Source of the DNA: Shigella phage SP18
Sequence record: GQ981382
Strand: one strand, 5' to 3'
Length of the DNA stretch: 64,000 bases
Every line of letters begins with the position of its first letter. The first letter of the stretch is position 1. A program made the position numbers and the translations under genes. Below are positions 8,938-17,643 of the stretch, piece by piece. Below the pieces are notes generated by a model. The model made no database searches and had not been told where the DNA came from. It saw only the letters and a list, made by a program, of their open reading frames with translations.

Positions 8938-10258
8938 AATATGCGTCGTACCTCGCTCGTGTGATTCCAACATAAGCCAACTGGCTCGCTAATGAAGCTT
9001 CGGCCATATGGATGCATGGAGTATAGATGAATGCTTTGTCCACTGAAACGCCCTGGGCCTTGTGGATTGTACTAACCGGAAGAGCACGAACTTTCAAGAA
9101 GGTCCGGCGAGCTTTCCAGAAGTCTTTCCACTCTGGACGTTTACCAGCGGCTTTCATCTGTTTGTATGTGTCAGCAACTTTAGCCAGATATGCCTGGAAT
9201 TTCGGTTGCTGGTCTTCTGGTAAAACTTTAATGCGGTCAACCTGATATTCTTCATCTTCATCAATTGACTCAACTTCCAGGTCCCAGTAATTAATCACTA
9301 ACTGGTGCGATTCCCCTTTACAACGGAGAATGGTGGAAGTGTATTTGCAATCCTTGATGCGAACCAACTGACCATTATTAAAAATGGTTTCGCTGAATTT
9401 CTTACCTTCAAATTCCAGCTCTTTCATGTGTGGCTCTTGCATAACCAGGACTTCATACGGTAAAAATGCTTTATCCGTTTCATAGAGCTTGCGACGAATA
9501 ATATTATTCAGTTTTTCAACTGATTTATTCGTGTACGCGTACATCCTGTTTTCCATCAACATATCAGCATCTTTTACAATACCGAAATAGTTTACCATGA
9601 AATCCTTTAAAGCGGTTTGTGAGGTGAAACCCTGTACGCCATGGCCATCATACATACAGTCGCGGAACCAACCCCCATTACGAATTTCTGTCGCCACTTC
9701 AATGATAGGAGCATTGCTTCGCATGACCTCAGTCAGATGAATCTGTTTGAACTTAGGATGCGTAAAGAATGGGCTTATCTTTTGTTGTGTGCTTCCTGGG
9801 TCAACTGGCTGCAGCTGGTGCATATCACCAATCCCAAGAATAGTACACCATTCAGGAACAGAGTTACAAATAATCTTAAACAGAGACCCATCATACATAC
9901 TTGCTTCATCACAAACCAGAACATTACATTTTGACATGTCAGGCATTTCACGCTGTTCAAAAATGTTTTGGTCTTCATATGTGGTCGGGTTAATCTTCAG
10001 GATACTATGGATTGTATTCGCCGTTTGACCAGACAATTTAGATAGAACCTTTTTTGCCTGGTGAGTTGGTGCAGCAAGCACAATTCCCATAACTCCATTA
10101 CGCACTAAATGGTCAATGACAAATTTTGTCAGAGTAGTTTTACCTGTGCCAGCTGGGCCATTCAGAGTGATACATTCCCCCGAACGTCGCTGAATAGCTT
10201 CAGTGATATAATCAAAAGCTTCTTTTTGTCCTGTATTCAAGTCTTCAAATTTAATCAT
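8930..10258 (-). CDS. dda: Dda SF1B DNA helicase
   Basis: 442 aa; Walker A GPAGTGKTT; size and position as T4 Dda. Confidence 0.9.
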   Translation of the reverse strand: MIKFEDLNTGQKEAFDYITEAIQRRSGECITLNGPAGTGKTTLTKFVIDHLVRNGVMGIVLAAPTHQAKKVLSKLSGQTANTIHSILKINPTTYEDQNIFEQREMPDMSKCNVLVCDEASMYDGSLFKIICNSVPEWCTILGIGDMHQLQPVDPGSTQQKISPFFTHPKFKQIHLTEVMRSNAPIIEVATEIRNGGWFRDCMYDGHGVQGFTSQTALKDFMVNYFGIVKDADMLMENRMYAYTNKSVEKLNNIIRRKLYETDKAFLPYEVLVMQEPHMKELEFEGKKFSETIFNNGQLVRIKDCKYTSTILRCKGESHQLVINYWDLEVESIDEDEEYQVDRIKVLPEDQQPKFQAYLAKVADTYKQMKAAGKRPEWKDFWKARRTFLKVRALPVSTIHKAQGVSVDKAFIYTPCIHMAEASLASQLAYVGITRARYDAYYV

Positions 10259-10551
10259 GCCAATTTTACTCGCTTAACATATAAAGTATCTAAAACTAAT
10301 TTCAATTCTCGTGCGTGTTCTTCAGTAGGAAAAACTGTTTTTGTTTCACGCTTATCAAACCACCATTTTCTGGGAATATACCGTGTTTCAATACGTCCCA
10401 TGCGTAAATAGCGGTTTGTAGTATATGAATAGTTGGCAAGTTCATACTCTGCACCCGGTTTTGTGGTGTATAAGGTAACCTTTCCATCATACTCCAATGG
10501 GCGTTCAAAACCATCTTTATCTTTGTGAACTAGCACATATGCGTAGTACAT
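10255..10551 (-). CDS. hypothetical protein
   Basis: about 98 aa ORF overlapping dda start by 4 nt. Confidence 0.5.
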   Translation of the reverse strand: MYYAYVLVHKDKDGFERPLEYDGKVTLYTTKPGAEYELANYSYTTNRYLRMGRIETRYIPRKWWFDKRETKTVFPTEEHARELKLVLDTLYVKRVKLA

Positions 10552-10555
10552 CACA

Positions 10556-11302
10556 TTAACCTCTAATCAGTTTAAAAATTGACGCCTTCAAAGGCAGACC
10601 ACGTTTCAGTTTTAATTTACCAATAAAACCAATCTTCTCAAAACGCTCAAGACCTTGAATGATTTTATCATAGCAATCAAAAAGCGTTTCAGCATCAGTT
10701 AATTTCTTGGTAACTTTCCAGTCATTACCTTTGAGCAGGACGTTCAATTTAGTAAGCTCATGACCTTCCGCAACACGGGAACCATCAATGCGAGCCTTCA
10801 GAGCAACCATTTTTAATTGGTTTTCTTTGGACTGCTCTGATTTACTCATTTGAGCATAATGCTTAACGCGATTATCACGTTTATGCTGGATGTTCTTGAT
10901 ATGAGTATACGACTTTTTAATCTGTTCCCATTTCTCTGCAGTCAGATTTAACTTATCAATCTTCTTGGCGGATGGGCGCGCAATTTTTACAGCAACATCA
11001 TCGCGACGTTGTTTAAGCTCATCCAGGGACCAATCAGAACGCATGGTATTGTATTTCTTTTTAACAGGAATAACATTACCTTTGATATAACCAATATCAT
11101 TGTTAAAACGCTCTAATGATAACTTCTCACCTTCAATAGAGTTATTAAATGTCTCACCAGAATAAGCACAAACTTTTTGGTCAAGAATGTTAACCAGATA
11201 ATTGAAATCCAGGTTAAAGTCCTTACCGCGACGTTTAGCGGAAGCTTGAGTGTGTTCCAGACGACGTTTAACTTTCAGCGTTTTGGTTTTTGATAAAGTC
11301 AT
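10556..11302 (-). CDS. srd: Srd-like protein (T4 srd position)
   Basis: 248 aa basic protein between dda and modA, as T4 srd; assignment positional. Confidence 0.5.
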   Translation of the reverse strand: MTLSKTKTLKVKRRLEHTQASAKRRGKDFNLDFNYLVNILDQKVCAYSGETFNNSIEGEKLSLERFNNDIGYIKGNVIPVKKKYNTMRSDWSLDELKQRRDDVAVKIARPSAKKIDKLNLTAEKWEQIKKSYTHIKNIQHKRDNRVKHYAQMSKSEQSKENQLKMVALKARIDGSRVAEGHELTKLNVLLKGNDWKVTKKLTDAETLFDCYDKIIQGLERFEKIGFIGKLKLKRGLPLKASIFKLIRG

Positions 11303-11349
11303 GATATTTTTCTCATCTTACGGACGATTTGATAACTCAGTATGGATTC

Positions 11350-11378
11350 ATTATACACCATCCATTGGGTGTGTACAC
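11350..11378 (-). promoter_or_regulatory. early promoter (GTGTAC -35, TATAAT -10) upstream of srd
   Basis: GTGTACacacccaatggatggtgTATAATgaatccatactgag. Confidence 0.55.
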
Positions 11379-11458
11379 TACTTTTTGCCTTTAACGCTTT
11401 TATTTTTACTGTGTATAATGGTTCTAAGGTCTTTGGCCTTTTGTCAACCCAGAATACT

Positions 11459-12073
11459 TCAGTAAGAAAGAACGGAAAGATTCCATAATTTATAGTCTTC
11501 CCATCTATAAATGCTCTCAATAGAGTCCACGCGTAGCGTAGTTCCCGCAGGGAACATCATCTCATCTTCATCATTTACTAATTGCAAGTTTGAAGAACGA
11601 GTTATTTCAGGATATAGTCCATTGAACTCTTCAGGAGGTGCCGCACAAATCATTTTAAAAATCGCTTCCTGATAATCAAATGCGAATGGTGCATCATTAA
11701 TACAGAAAATATTTTTGGTTCCATAGAAGCTAAAGGAAGCAAAGTTACGCGCAACACTGAAATCTTTGGAGAAACTCATTACACGGTCAAACTCAATCGT
11801 AGCACCAACACATCCTACGGTTTCAAGATATGCCAAAGTTTTCTTAGAAATCCCGCGATATAACTTACCAGGCACAGCAGAAGTCAAATTCTTACGAATA
11901 ATTTTGTTCAAAGTTTCCTGGATAGTGTCTGGCTTATTTTCCATGCACTGCCAGAGTGTACTCTGTTCCAACTCAGAGTAAATTTCATCAATTTCAATCT
12001 GGGTATTTTCACGAAAATATTCACATTTAACTGCATTGATGTACTCTGCTAATTGGTGACTTGCGTACAGCAT
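11459..12073 (-). CDS. modA: ADP-ribosyltransferase ModA-like
   Basis: about 204 aa after trimming promoter leader; ART motifs (YRG, SFS, downstream acidic residues); A versus B label is positional. Confidence 0.65.
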   Translation of the reverse strand: MLYASHQLAEYINAVKCEYFRENTQIEIDEIYSELEQSTLWQCMENKPDTIQETLNKIIRKNLTSAVPGKLYRGISKKTLAYLETVGCVGATIEFDRVMSFSKDFSVARNFASFSFYGTKNIFCINDAPFAFDYQEAIFKMICAAPPEEFNGLYPEITRSSNLQLVNDEDEMMFPAGTTLRVDSIESIYRWEDYKLWNLSVLSY

Positions 12074-12104
12074 TTTATTATCCTCATCAGTAGTTGATAG
12101 GAAC

Positions 12105-12134
12105 ATATTAACGTGTCTTATTGCTCTTGTACAC
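12105..12134 (-). promoter_or_regulatory. early promoter with conserved leader, driving modA-like gene
   Basis: GTGTAC -35, TTAATAT -10, leader ATCAACTACTGATGAGG. Confidence 0.5.
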
Positions 12135-12678
12135 AGTCAAGAACATAATAATCACCAACAAATCCAGCATCAACTATCACGAATTTCTGGTCAACTGGAA
12201 CAAACCATTCAAGCTCAGAATCAATCATGTCCATGTATTCTTCACGTCTTAACGTTGCTGCCTGTTCGGAACCAGAAGCTGTATTGAAGAATTCCAGTGG
12301 AACATCAAGCGCGAGCTTACGCATTGCATCATGGTAACAAAAAGCTTTGGTCTGATTCAATCTGACGATAGTCCTAGTCACATATTCCATTGCAGCAAAA
12401 TCCCTGGCAATACCATAGTCTTCTGTAAAGGAGGTTATCCTTCCAAATTCAAAAGGTTTCATTGATTCTTTTGCTTCATCTAACAAATCAATCTCTTGCT
12501 GGGTAACCCCACGATACAAGACTGTATCAGGTACAGATAACCTTGACTTGATGATTGAGTTAACGTTTGAATGCAAGGTCTTATCGACTTTTGATGTGCG
12601 GCATTCAAATAATGAAGCTATCTCCATTTCACTAAATTTTAACTGGTTGGGTTCGGTATCAGATTTGATGATGTTCAT
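12118..12678 (-). CDS. modB: ADP-ribosyltransferase ModB-like
   Basis: 186 aa; ART motifs (LYRGV, SFT); paralog of adjacent modA-like gene. Confidence 0.65.
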   Translation of the reverse strand: MNIIKSDTEPNQLKFSEMEIASLFECRTSKVDKTLHSNVNSIIKSRLSVPDTVLYRGVTQQEIDLLDEAKESMKPFEFGRITSFTEDYGIARDFAAMEYVTRTIVRLNQTKAFCYHDAMRKLALDVPLEFFNTASGSEQAATLRREEYMDMIDSELEWFVPVDQKFVIVDAGFVGDYYVLDCVQEQ

Positions 12679-12734
12679 AATGGCCTCTCTGTTGTAAGAA
12701 AGACCATTATGTCATTAGGAGGGGAGTAAGTAAA

Positions 12735-12968
12735 CTACTTAAATACTCCAAGTGGGACGCCAAAGACTGCAATGTCTGCGGCCATGCCAATCGGAGATTG
12801 ATATGATGAGTAAGAACTTTTCGATTCTGTCGGGCGTTCGGCTTTAATTGTCTTGGATTCAGTCTTAATCCTTTGTAAGCGATTAATTTTTTGTTGCTCA
12901 ATTTCCTTATGAGCGTGTTTACGGTCGATATCCAGCGCCGATGTGGGAATATTTGTTAACCAGTTCAT
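12735..12968 (-). CDS. small hypothetical protein with SSYSSY motif
   Basis: start chosen at ATG overlapping upstream stop (ATGA); hydrophobic C-terminus. Confidence 0.4.
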   Translation of the reverse strand: MNWLTNIPTSALDIDRKHAHKEIEQQKINRLQRIKTESKTIKAERPTESKSSYSSYQSPIGMAADIAVFGVPLGVFK

Positions 12969-13144
12969 CGTTTCACCCATGGTGCCCATGGAGGTGGGTC
13001 GTCGTAATATGAGGCCAGGTCGCGCAGAACTTCCATTGGGAGACTAAAACCATGCTTCTGTATAATCGCATCAAGTTCGTCAACTAGGTCCACACGGGCT
13101 TCCGTAGGAGCTTTAGGCTCTTCAAAAAGTTCAAATAAATCCAT
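12965..13144 (-). CDS. small acidic hypothetical protein (~59 aa, below cutoff)
   Basis: hand-derived ORF filling gap between flanking genes with stop/start overlaps; coordinates approximate. Confidence 0.3.
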   Translation of the reverse strand: MDLFELFEEPKAPTEARVDLVDELDAIIQKHGFSLPMEVLRDLASYYDDPPPWAPWVKR

Positions 13145-13626
13145 TAGTAGCCACCGATAGGACCGTAACCATACATACGAGCACGCATTTTAGTATCTTG
13201 AATAGCTTCTTCTGTTAAAGTAAAGCGCAAGCCGATATCAAAGTGTTTCCAAATCTGACGTTCAACTTCAGCAAGGTCGTCGGTAGTGGAAATCAGATAT
13301 GTGCGACCTTTAAGGCGTTCAGTGGCCATTTTATCTCTATCTTTATAGAAAATGATATCTTCGCCATAAAGGTCCGGGTGACGATAGCCTTTGATATGCA
13401 GAGCTTCGGAAACAGTAAACGGACACCCTTCAGCCACATTAACGTTTTTGTTATGAAATACCTTCATCGTGACATTTTCTGGCATCGTCAGGTTCATTAA
13501 TTTTGTTTCCAACTCAGTAACCGAATCCATGCCATTGTAAACCATGATAAGACAAGCTGTAGCATCGTAAAGTCGTGTTTGTCCGGCAGAATCACGGACA
13601 TAGAATTCTAATTCGTATACTTTCAT
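13144..13626 (-). CDS. hypothetical protein (mrh region)
   Basis: 160 aa ORF, ATG start. Confidence 0.55.
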   Translation of the reverse strand: MKVYELEFYVRDSAGQTRLYDATACLIMVYNGMDSVTELETKLMNLTMPENVTMKVFHNKNVNVAEGCPFTVSEALHIKGYRHPDLYGEDIIFYKDRDKMATERLKGRTYLISTTDDLAEVERQIWKHFDIGLRFTLTEEAIQDTKMRARMYGYGPIGGY

Positions 13627-13772
13627 AATGATTTCCTCTTACCAACTAATGGACCATCAGGAACTTTATTTTCCTTGATGTACTTTTCATTTTCTTCCAT
13701 CATTTTACTGCCAATTTTCAAAAGCAAATCCAGTGCTTCTTTTGCCCGGCGTTCAGCCTCTTCTTGTGTCAT
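13626..13772 (-). CDS. small hypothetical protein (~48 aa, below cutoff)
   Basis: ATG with GGAGA SD overlapping upstream stop; coordinates approximate. Confidence 0.3.
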
Positions 13773-13963
13773 GATTTATCTCCGTAGATATCACGCATCA
13801 GTTTAAGCACAGCTCGTTCGGTCTTCTTTTCCTGCATAGCTTTAAGCCCTGTAGCAGCCCATTCTTCAGCTTCGCGCTGCATTTCTTCCTCGGCTCTGGC
13901 CACCCAGGAATCATCAATCCCTGGAGTAACCAACCAATCTTTAAGCCAACTTGTAATTCTCAT
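13769..13963 (-). CDS. hypothetical protein
   Basis: 64 aa, adjacent stop/start. Confidence 0.45.
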   Translation of the reverse strand: MRITSWLKDWLVTPGIDDSWVARAEEEMQREAEEWAATGLKAMQEKKTERAVLKLMRDIYGDKS

Positions 13964-14320
13964 TTAATCACACGAGCTGGAAGACGAATCGCAGCTTCCT
14001 GAATCATAGGAGGAATAAGACGAATCACCAGTCCACGAACTGACGGCAGCAGCGACTACAATCGGAGTCATATCAATATGCGGTGTAGTATCGACATGGC
14101 TTGTAGAACGTCTTGAATCCAGATGCTCTTTTAACTTTTTAGAATTCAATGGTAATGCACCTGGTCCGACATTACCGGCTTTTTCTGGTTGGCGACGAAC
14201 TTCTTCCATCGTGCCATCACCCATGTAAACATATTCTCTTAGCTTGACATCTGGTAGGCTAACAGGAACCACACCTTCATTCGGTTTGGTCTTGAATAAA
14301 TTCTTGAGCCAACTAATCAT
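13964..14320 (-). CDS. hypothetical protein with Ser/Cys-rich C-terminal tail (SSYSSYDSGSCDSSSSSCD)
   Basis: 118 aa, ATG start. Confidence 0.5.
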   Translation of the reverse strand: MISWLKNLFKTKPNEGVVPVSLPDVKLREYVYMGDGTMEEVRRQPEKAGNVGPGALPLNSKKLKEHLDSRRSTSHVDTTPHIDMTPIVVAAAVSSWTGDSSYSSYDSGSCDSSSSSCD

Positions 14321-14514
14321 AGGAAACCTCGTTTAAATTCAACTTTACCATCATCACAACGGATTTCAATATTGAATTCTAAAGAATCATCATCGTGCAT
14401 CATGAACGAGTGCACGACAACCTCGTCAAACACACCCAGACCATACTTAAAATGCACATCATGGGCAATAACTTCATCTAAAGTTTTATTTGGTTTAATC
14501 CAACGGTTTAACAT
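14317..14514 (-). CDS. small hypothetical protein (soc.1 position)
   Basis: track ORF reads through the soc terminator; internal ATG after GGAGA gives 65 aa. Confidence 0.45.
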   Translation of the reverse strand: MLNRWIKPNKTLDEVIAHDVHFKYGLGVFDEVVVHSFMMHDDDSLEFNIEIRCDDGKVEFKRGFL

Positions 14515-14567
14515 AGTATTCTCCTCTGTAATTGAAATAATTATACCGCTTCTATTAAAAGCAAAAA

Positions 14568-14586
14568 GGGAACCCGAAGGTTCCCT
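14568..14586 (-). terminator. CUUCGG hairpin terminator downstream of soc
   Basis: GGGAACC-cgaa-GGTTCCC with flanking A/T runs. Confidence 0.6.
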
Positions 14587-14590
14587 ATAA

Positions 14591-14821
14591 TTAAACTCCT
14601 GGGGTAGGCGCAAACATCGCCGCGTTCTTAGTTCGCCAATCGGCTGCATCAGTCACTACAGTAGTATAGGCTGCAACGGCCGAAGGAAAAGTCTGATAAT
14701 GAGCATCCGCAATACGATGCTCGTTCGAATAGATTTCAAACGGAACTGATACTTCAACACCTTTAACTTCTTTACCTTCACCAGCTGGATGCGTAAAGGT
14801 TTTGATATTAACACCACCCAT
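14591..14821 (-). CDS. soc: small outer capsid protein Soc, copy 1 (76 aa)
   Basis: MGGVNIKTFTHPAGEGKEVKG...HYQTFPS; Soc-family, RB69-like by memory. Confidence 0.8.
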   Translation of the reverse strand: MGGVNIKTFTHPAGEGKEVKGVEVSVPFEIYSNEHRIADAHYQTFPSAVAAYTTVVTDAADWRTKNAAMFAPTPGV

Positions 14822-15056
14822 GATTAACTCCTGGGGTAGGCGCAAACATCGCCGCGTTCTTAGTTCGCCAATCGGCTGCATCAGTCACTACAGTAGTATA
14901 GGCTGCAACGGCCGAAGGAAAAGTCTGATAATGAGCATCCGCAATACGATGCTCGTTCGAATAGATTTCAAACGGAACTGATACTTCAACACCTTTAACT
15001 TCTTTACCTTCACCAGCTGGATGCGTAAAGGTTTTGATATTAACGAAACCACCCAT
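14808..15056 (-). CDS. soc: small outer capsid protein Soc, copy 2 (82 aa, one extra Phe codon, C-terminus reads through the repeat junction)
   Basis: near-identical to copy 1 at DNA level; ends ...PTPGVNHGWC because the junction lacks the copy-1 stop context. Confidence 0.7.
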   Translation of the reverse strand: MGGFVNIKTFTHPAGEGKEVKGVEVSVPFEIYSNEHRIADAHYQTFPSAVAAYTTVVTDAADWRTKNAAMFAPTPGVNHGWC

Positions 15057-15097
15057 GATTAACTCCTTTGTTGTTTAATTACAGGTGTATTTATAAC

Positions 15098-15616
15098 TTA
15101 ATAACCACGGTCCTGACGAGCAAAGTTCTCAGCATTTTTCAGGTAATACAATTTAAAGATTTCTTCTGCAGATAGACCAAGACCCTGGAACATATTCAGA
15201 ACAAAGTGCAGGATATCAATCATCTCGAATTTAATTTCGAGCTGGTCTTCAGGAGATAAATTATTAATCAGGGTTTGCTGCATTTCGCCATGTTGTGCTT
15301 TCCATGGTTTCCATACGGCCGAGGCAGCTTTCTCGCCATTGGACATACCGCCGAGAGAAGTCAGAAGTTCACGGAATTCGTCGTCAACATAATCTTTCTG
15401 GTTGCGAAGCCATGCAACAACATCGCCCGCGGTTGCCAATTCATCTGGATGTGCGTTATATTCTGGTTTTTCTGTAGCCAGACGAACCTGCAAAGATTTC
15501 TGCATATCAAGCATAATCTGCAGAGGGTCATCATTGCCTTTTAGGACATCATTATACGCATCTTGAGCTTTATCAACACCAGCAATCAGTTGAGAACACT
15601 CGTTAAAATGAGCCAT
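15098..15616 (-). CDS. 56: dCTP pyrophosphatase / dUTPase gp56
   Basis: 172 aa from MAHFNECSQL, resembling T4 gp56 N-terminus and length. Confidence 0.8.
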   Translation of the reverse strand: MAHFNECSQLIAGVDKAQDAYNDVLKGNDDPLQIMLDMQKSLQVRLATEKPEYNAHPDELATAGDVVAWLRNQKDYVDDEFRELLTSLGGMSNGEKAASAVWKPWKAQHGEMQQTLINNLSPEDQLEIKFEMIDILHFVLNMFQGLGLSAEEIFKLYYLKNAENFARQDRGY

Positions 15617-15654
15617 TATATTTTTCCTTATCAATTCATGTTGTTTGTATGTTA

Positions 15655-15680
15655 ATTATATCATATTGGTTTAAAGCATA
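15655..15680 (-). promoter_or_regulatory. candidate middle promoter (MotA box TGCTTTA plus TATAAT) upstream of gene 56
   Basis: minus-strand tatGCTTTAaaccaatatgaTATAAT; spacing about 11-12 nt. Confidence 0.3.
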
Positions 15681-15700
15681 AATACAAGAAAGGAGGATGT

Positions 15701-15898
15701 ATGCTCAAACTATCTAGTCTAATTCAAGCCATCAAAGGCAGTCGTAAGCGAACGATTCTGGTCCTTTCGATACTCTGTTTTGTTCTACTCTGGAATTTCA
15801 TTGTTGTCCCTATTGCATTGGCACATGGTGTTATATTGCCAGTCGTCGCGCTCGAATCAGTTGTAGATGTTTCACTAGCATTAATCGGCCTTATATAG
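15701..15898 (+). CDS. small hydrophobic (two-helix membrane) protein on the opposite strand
   Basis: 65 aa ORF with canonical AAGGAGG SD 6 nt upstream of ATG; sits in the 61-56 intergenic gap where T4 has dam. Confidence 0.45.
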   Translation: MLKLSSLIQAIKGSRKRTILVLSILCFVLLWNFIVVPIALAHGVILPVVALESVVDVSLALIGLI

Positions 15899-16006
15899 GT
15901 GGAACTTACTGGTTGTGCCTATCGCTGCAACACAAGGGGTGCACTTACCCCAGGTCACAATGGAACATATTCATTCCATCATCGGTTACTTTACCGGAAT
16001 CCCTTC

Positions 16007-17035
16007 CTAAACTTTTGCGTACTTCGAAAGTCGCATTCTCGCCATCAATCCTTGAGCAACGTTATCGGCCATATATGATTCGATTTGTTCAGGGGTTGCC
16101 CCTTCTGATTTAACCATCTCATTTATGTCTTTCGTATGCCATGGTGCATTGTCCCAGAACATAACAGCTTCGCCAGCTTCAACGAGCTTCTTCATACGTT
16201 TAATCGTATCCGGATGTCTTGGCTCGTTGTCCATTACCCATACTCTTGTTTCAGCATAAGGAACAGCTTCCAATGCCAATGTGCCACCGGTTATCGCAAT
16301 GCTGTTAGGGATAAACAAACTATCAATTGGACCTTCCATTACCCATACGCGTTTACGCTCATCAATCTTGTCTACTCCATAGACTTTGGAAGCTTCTGGG
16401 TGAGCTTTGATTGTGATATATTTTTGTGGTGCATCTTTGCGAAGAGCTCGTCCTTGGAAAGATTCGATTTCTTTTTTGCCGTTGAAGATAGGAATAACCA
16501 AGCGTGGCTCATTCGTTTCATTCTTATACGTCCCGGGATTAACGGAGTTAACTAATGCAGGCCATTTGTTTGTAAACCATAACCGGTTCCAAACATTGCT
16601 AGGAATACACCGACTTTTTACATACTTAATTATCGGATGTGCTTCTGGTAAAGTATCGAGTCTTTCACAAAAAGCAAGCTGCTCGATAACCGGAGTTTTT
16701 TCTGGTTCTTTCGGAGTTTCTGCAACTTCATTGCGCTGTCTGCCAAAGGCATTCTCCTTATACTTCTCAACCATATATTCCCGGTGTAAATCCGGCTCAA
16801 ACTCTTTTATGTATTTGCTTATATGCGTGGAGTAGTCACAGTTAAAACATTTCACGTAAACCGCGCCATCAGACGGATTGGTATACGCCCAGAATCGAGC
16901 TTTATGTGAATCTTTCTGGGAGTCGCCACAAACTTTACATCTGCAGTTTGCCTTAAATGTGCTCCCGGTGACTTCTCTATAACGTGGTTGATACGATAAA
17001 GCTCTGACTGCAAATTCTTTATCAATATATGACAT
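16007..17035 (-). CDS. 61: DNA primase gp61
   Basis: 342 aa, same length as T4 gp61; N-terminal Cys4 zinc ribbon (CRCKVCGD...CFNCDY) and Toprim core. Confidence 0.9.
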   Translation of the reverse strand: MSYIDKEFAVRALSYQPRYREVTGSTFKANCRCKVCGDSQKDSHKARFWAYTNPSDGAVYVKCFNCDYSTHISKYIKEFEPDLHREYMVEKYKENAFGRQRNEVAETPKEPEKTPVIEQLAFCERLDTLPEAHPIIKYVKSRCIPSNVWNRLWFTNKWPALVNSVNPGTYKNETNEPRLVIPIFNGKKEIESFQGRALRKDAPQKYITIKAHPEASKVYGVDKIDERKRVWVMEGPIDSLFIPNSIAITGGTLALEAVPYAETRVWVMDNEPRHPDTIKRMKKLVEAGEAVMFWDNAPWHTKDINEMVKSEGATPEQIESYMADNVAQGLMARMRLSKYAKV

Positions 17036-17067
17036 AGTTTCCTCATTTCAATGGCCCCGAAGGACCA

Positions 17068-17235
17068 TTATACTGTAGGTTTATCGTCTTTGTTCTTACG
17101 CTTTTTTGATGGGATTTGTTCAGGGCCTTTATTGACAACCACCCCGGAAGTGGTACCTGTTGCGGTATTAGTTGGGTTTCCACCTGCATCACCGGCAACC
17201 ATATCTTCGTTTATAAAATCTTTGAATGTTTTCAT
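17068..17235 (-). CDS. small protein (55 aa) with IP-like capsid-targeting N-terminus MKTFKDFINED and basic C-terminus
   Basis: ATG preceded by AGGGGG SD; N-terminus resembles MKTYQEFITE of the IP genes; hand-derived coordinates. Confidence 0.4.
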   Translation of the reverse strand: MKTFKDFINEDMVAGDAGGNPTNTATGTTSGVVVNKGPEQIPSKKRKNKDDKPTV

Positions 17236-17254
17236 AACACCCCCTTTCCGCTAT

Positions 17255-17446
17255 TTATACAACAAAGATAGCTTTATCACCATTTGCATCAGTCACTTCA
17301 TAAGTGTCTTCATGATACAACGGAATAATCCAGGTAACACCATCATCAGCGATAACATGGATTGCTTCTTGGTCTTGCGACACGATTTCATATTCTTCAA
17401 AAAGCTGGAAGACCGAAATCTTAGAGCCCGTACACATTGCACTCAT
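17255..17446 (-). CDS. hypothetical acidic protein
   Basis: 63 aa ORF. Confidence 0.45.
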   Translation of the reverse strand: MSAMCTGSKISVFQLFEEYEIVSQDQEAIHVIADDGVTWIIPLYHEDTYEVTDANGDKAIFVV

Positions 17447-17642
17447 ATTGTTCCCTTCTTTTAATCAATTGACGATGTGCCTTTTTAAGTTTACGAATCT
17501 GACGTTTAGTCGGTCGCGCAACGTAAGCTTGTGTAGTTACTCGTCCAAAAACACCATACTTAGGCGAAGGAGTATCAATAAAGACTTCCCACTGGCAAGA
17601 GTAACTATATATTGCTTTAGAGAATTGGGTCAAAACAAACAT
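17421..17642 (-). CDS. hypothetical basic protein
   Basis: 73 aa ORF. Confidence 0.4.
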   Translation of the reverse strand: MFVLTQFSKAIYSYSCQWEVFIDTPSPKYGVFGRVTTQAYVARPTKRQIRKLKKAHRQLIKRREQYECNVYGL

Positions 17643-17643
17643 A

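Larger units (their letters stand above)
14591..15060. repeat. tandem direct repeat, 2 units of about 232/235 bp, each carrying a soc gene
   Basis: two near-identical units beginning tggggtaggcgcaaacatcgcc; second unit has a 3-bp insertion. Confidence 0.8.

Noticed and set aside
11459-12106. N-terminal extensions of track ORFs reading ...STTDEDNKM... (also 7697-8002, 37328-37588, 58364-58717)
   Set aside because: This peptide is just the translation of the conserved promoter leader ATCAACTACTGATGAGGATAATAAA upstream of the true ATG, so the real starts are downstream.
14591-15060. Tandem repeats as a possible CRISPR array
   Set aside because: Only two units, about 232 bp each, with no spacers, and they encode complete soc genes; this is a gene duplication.
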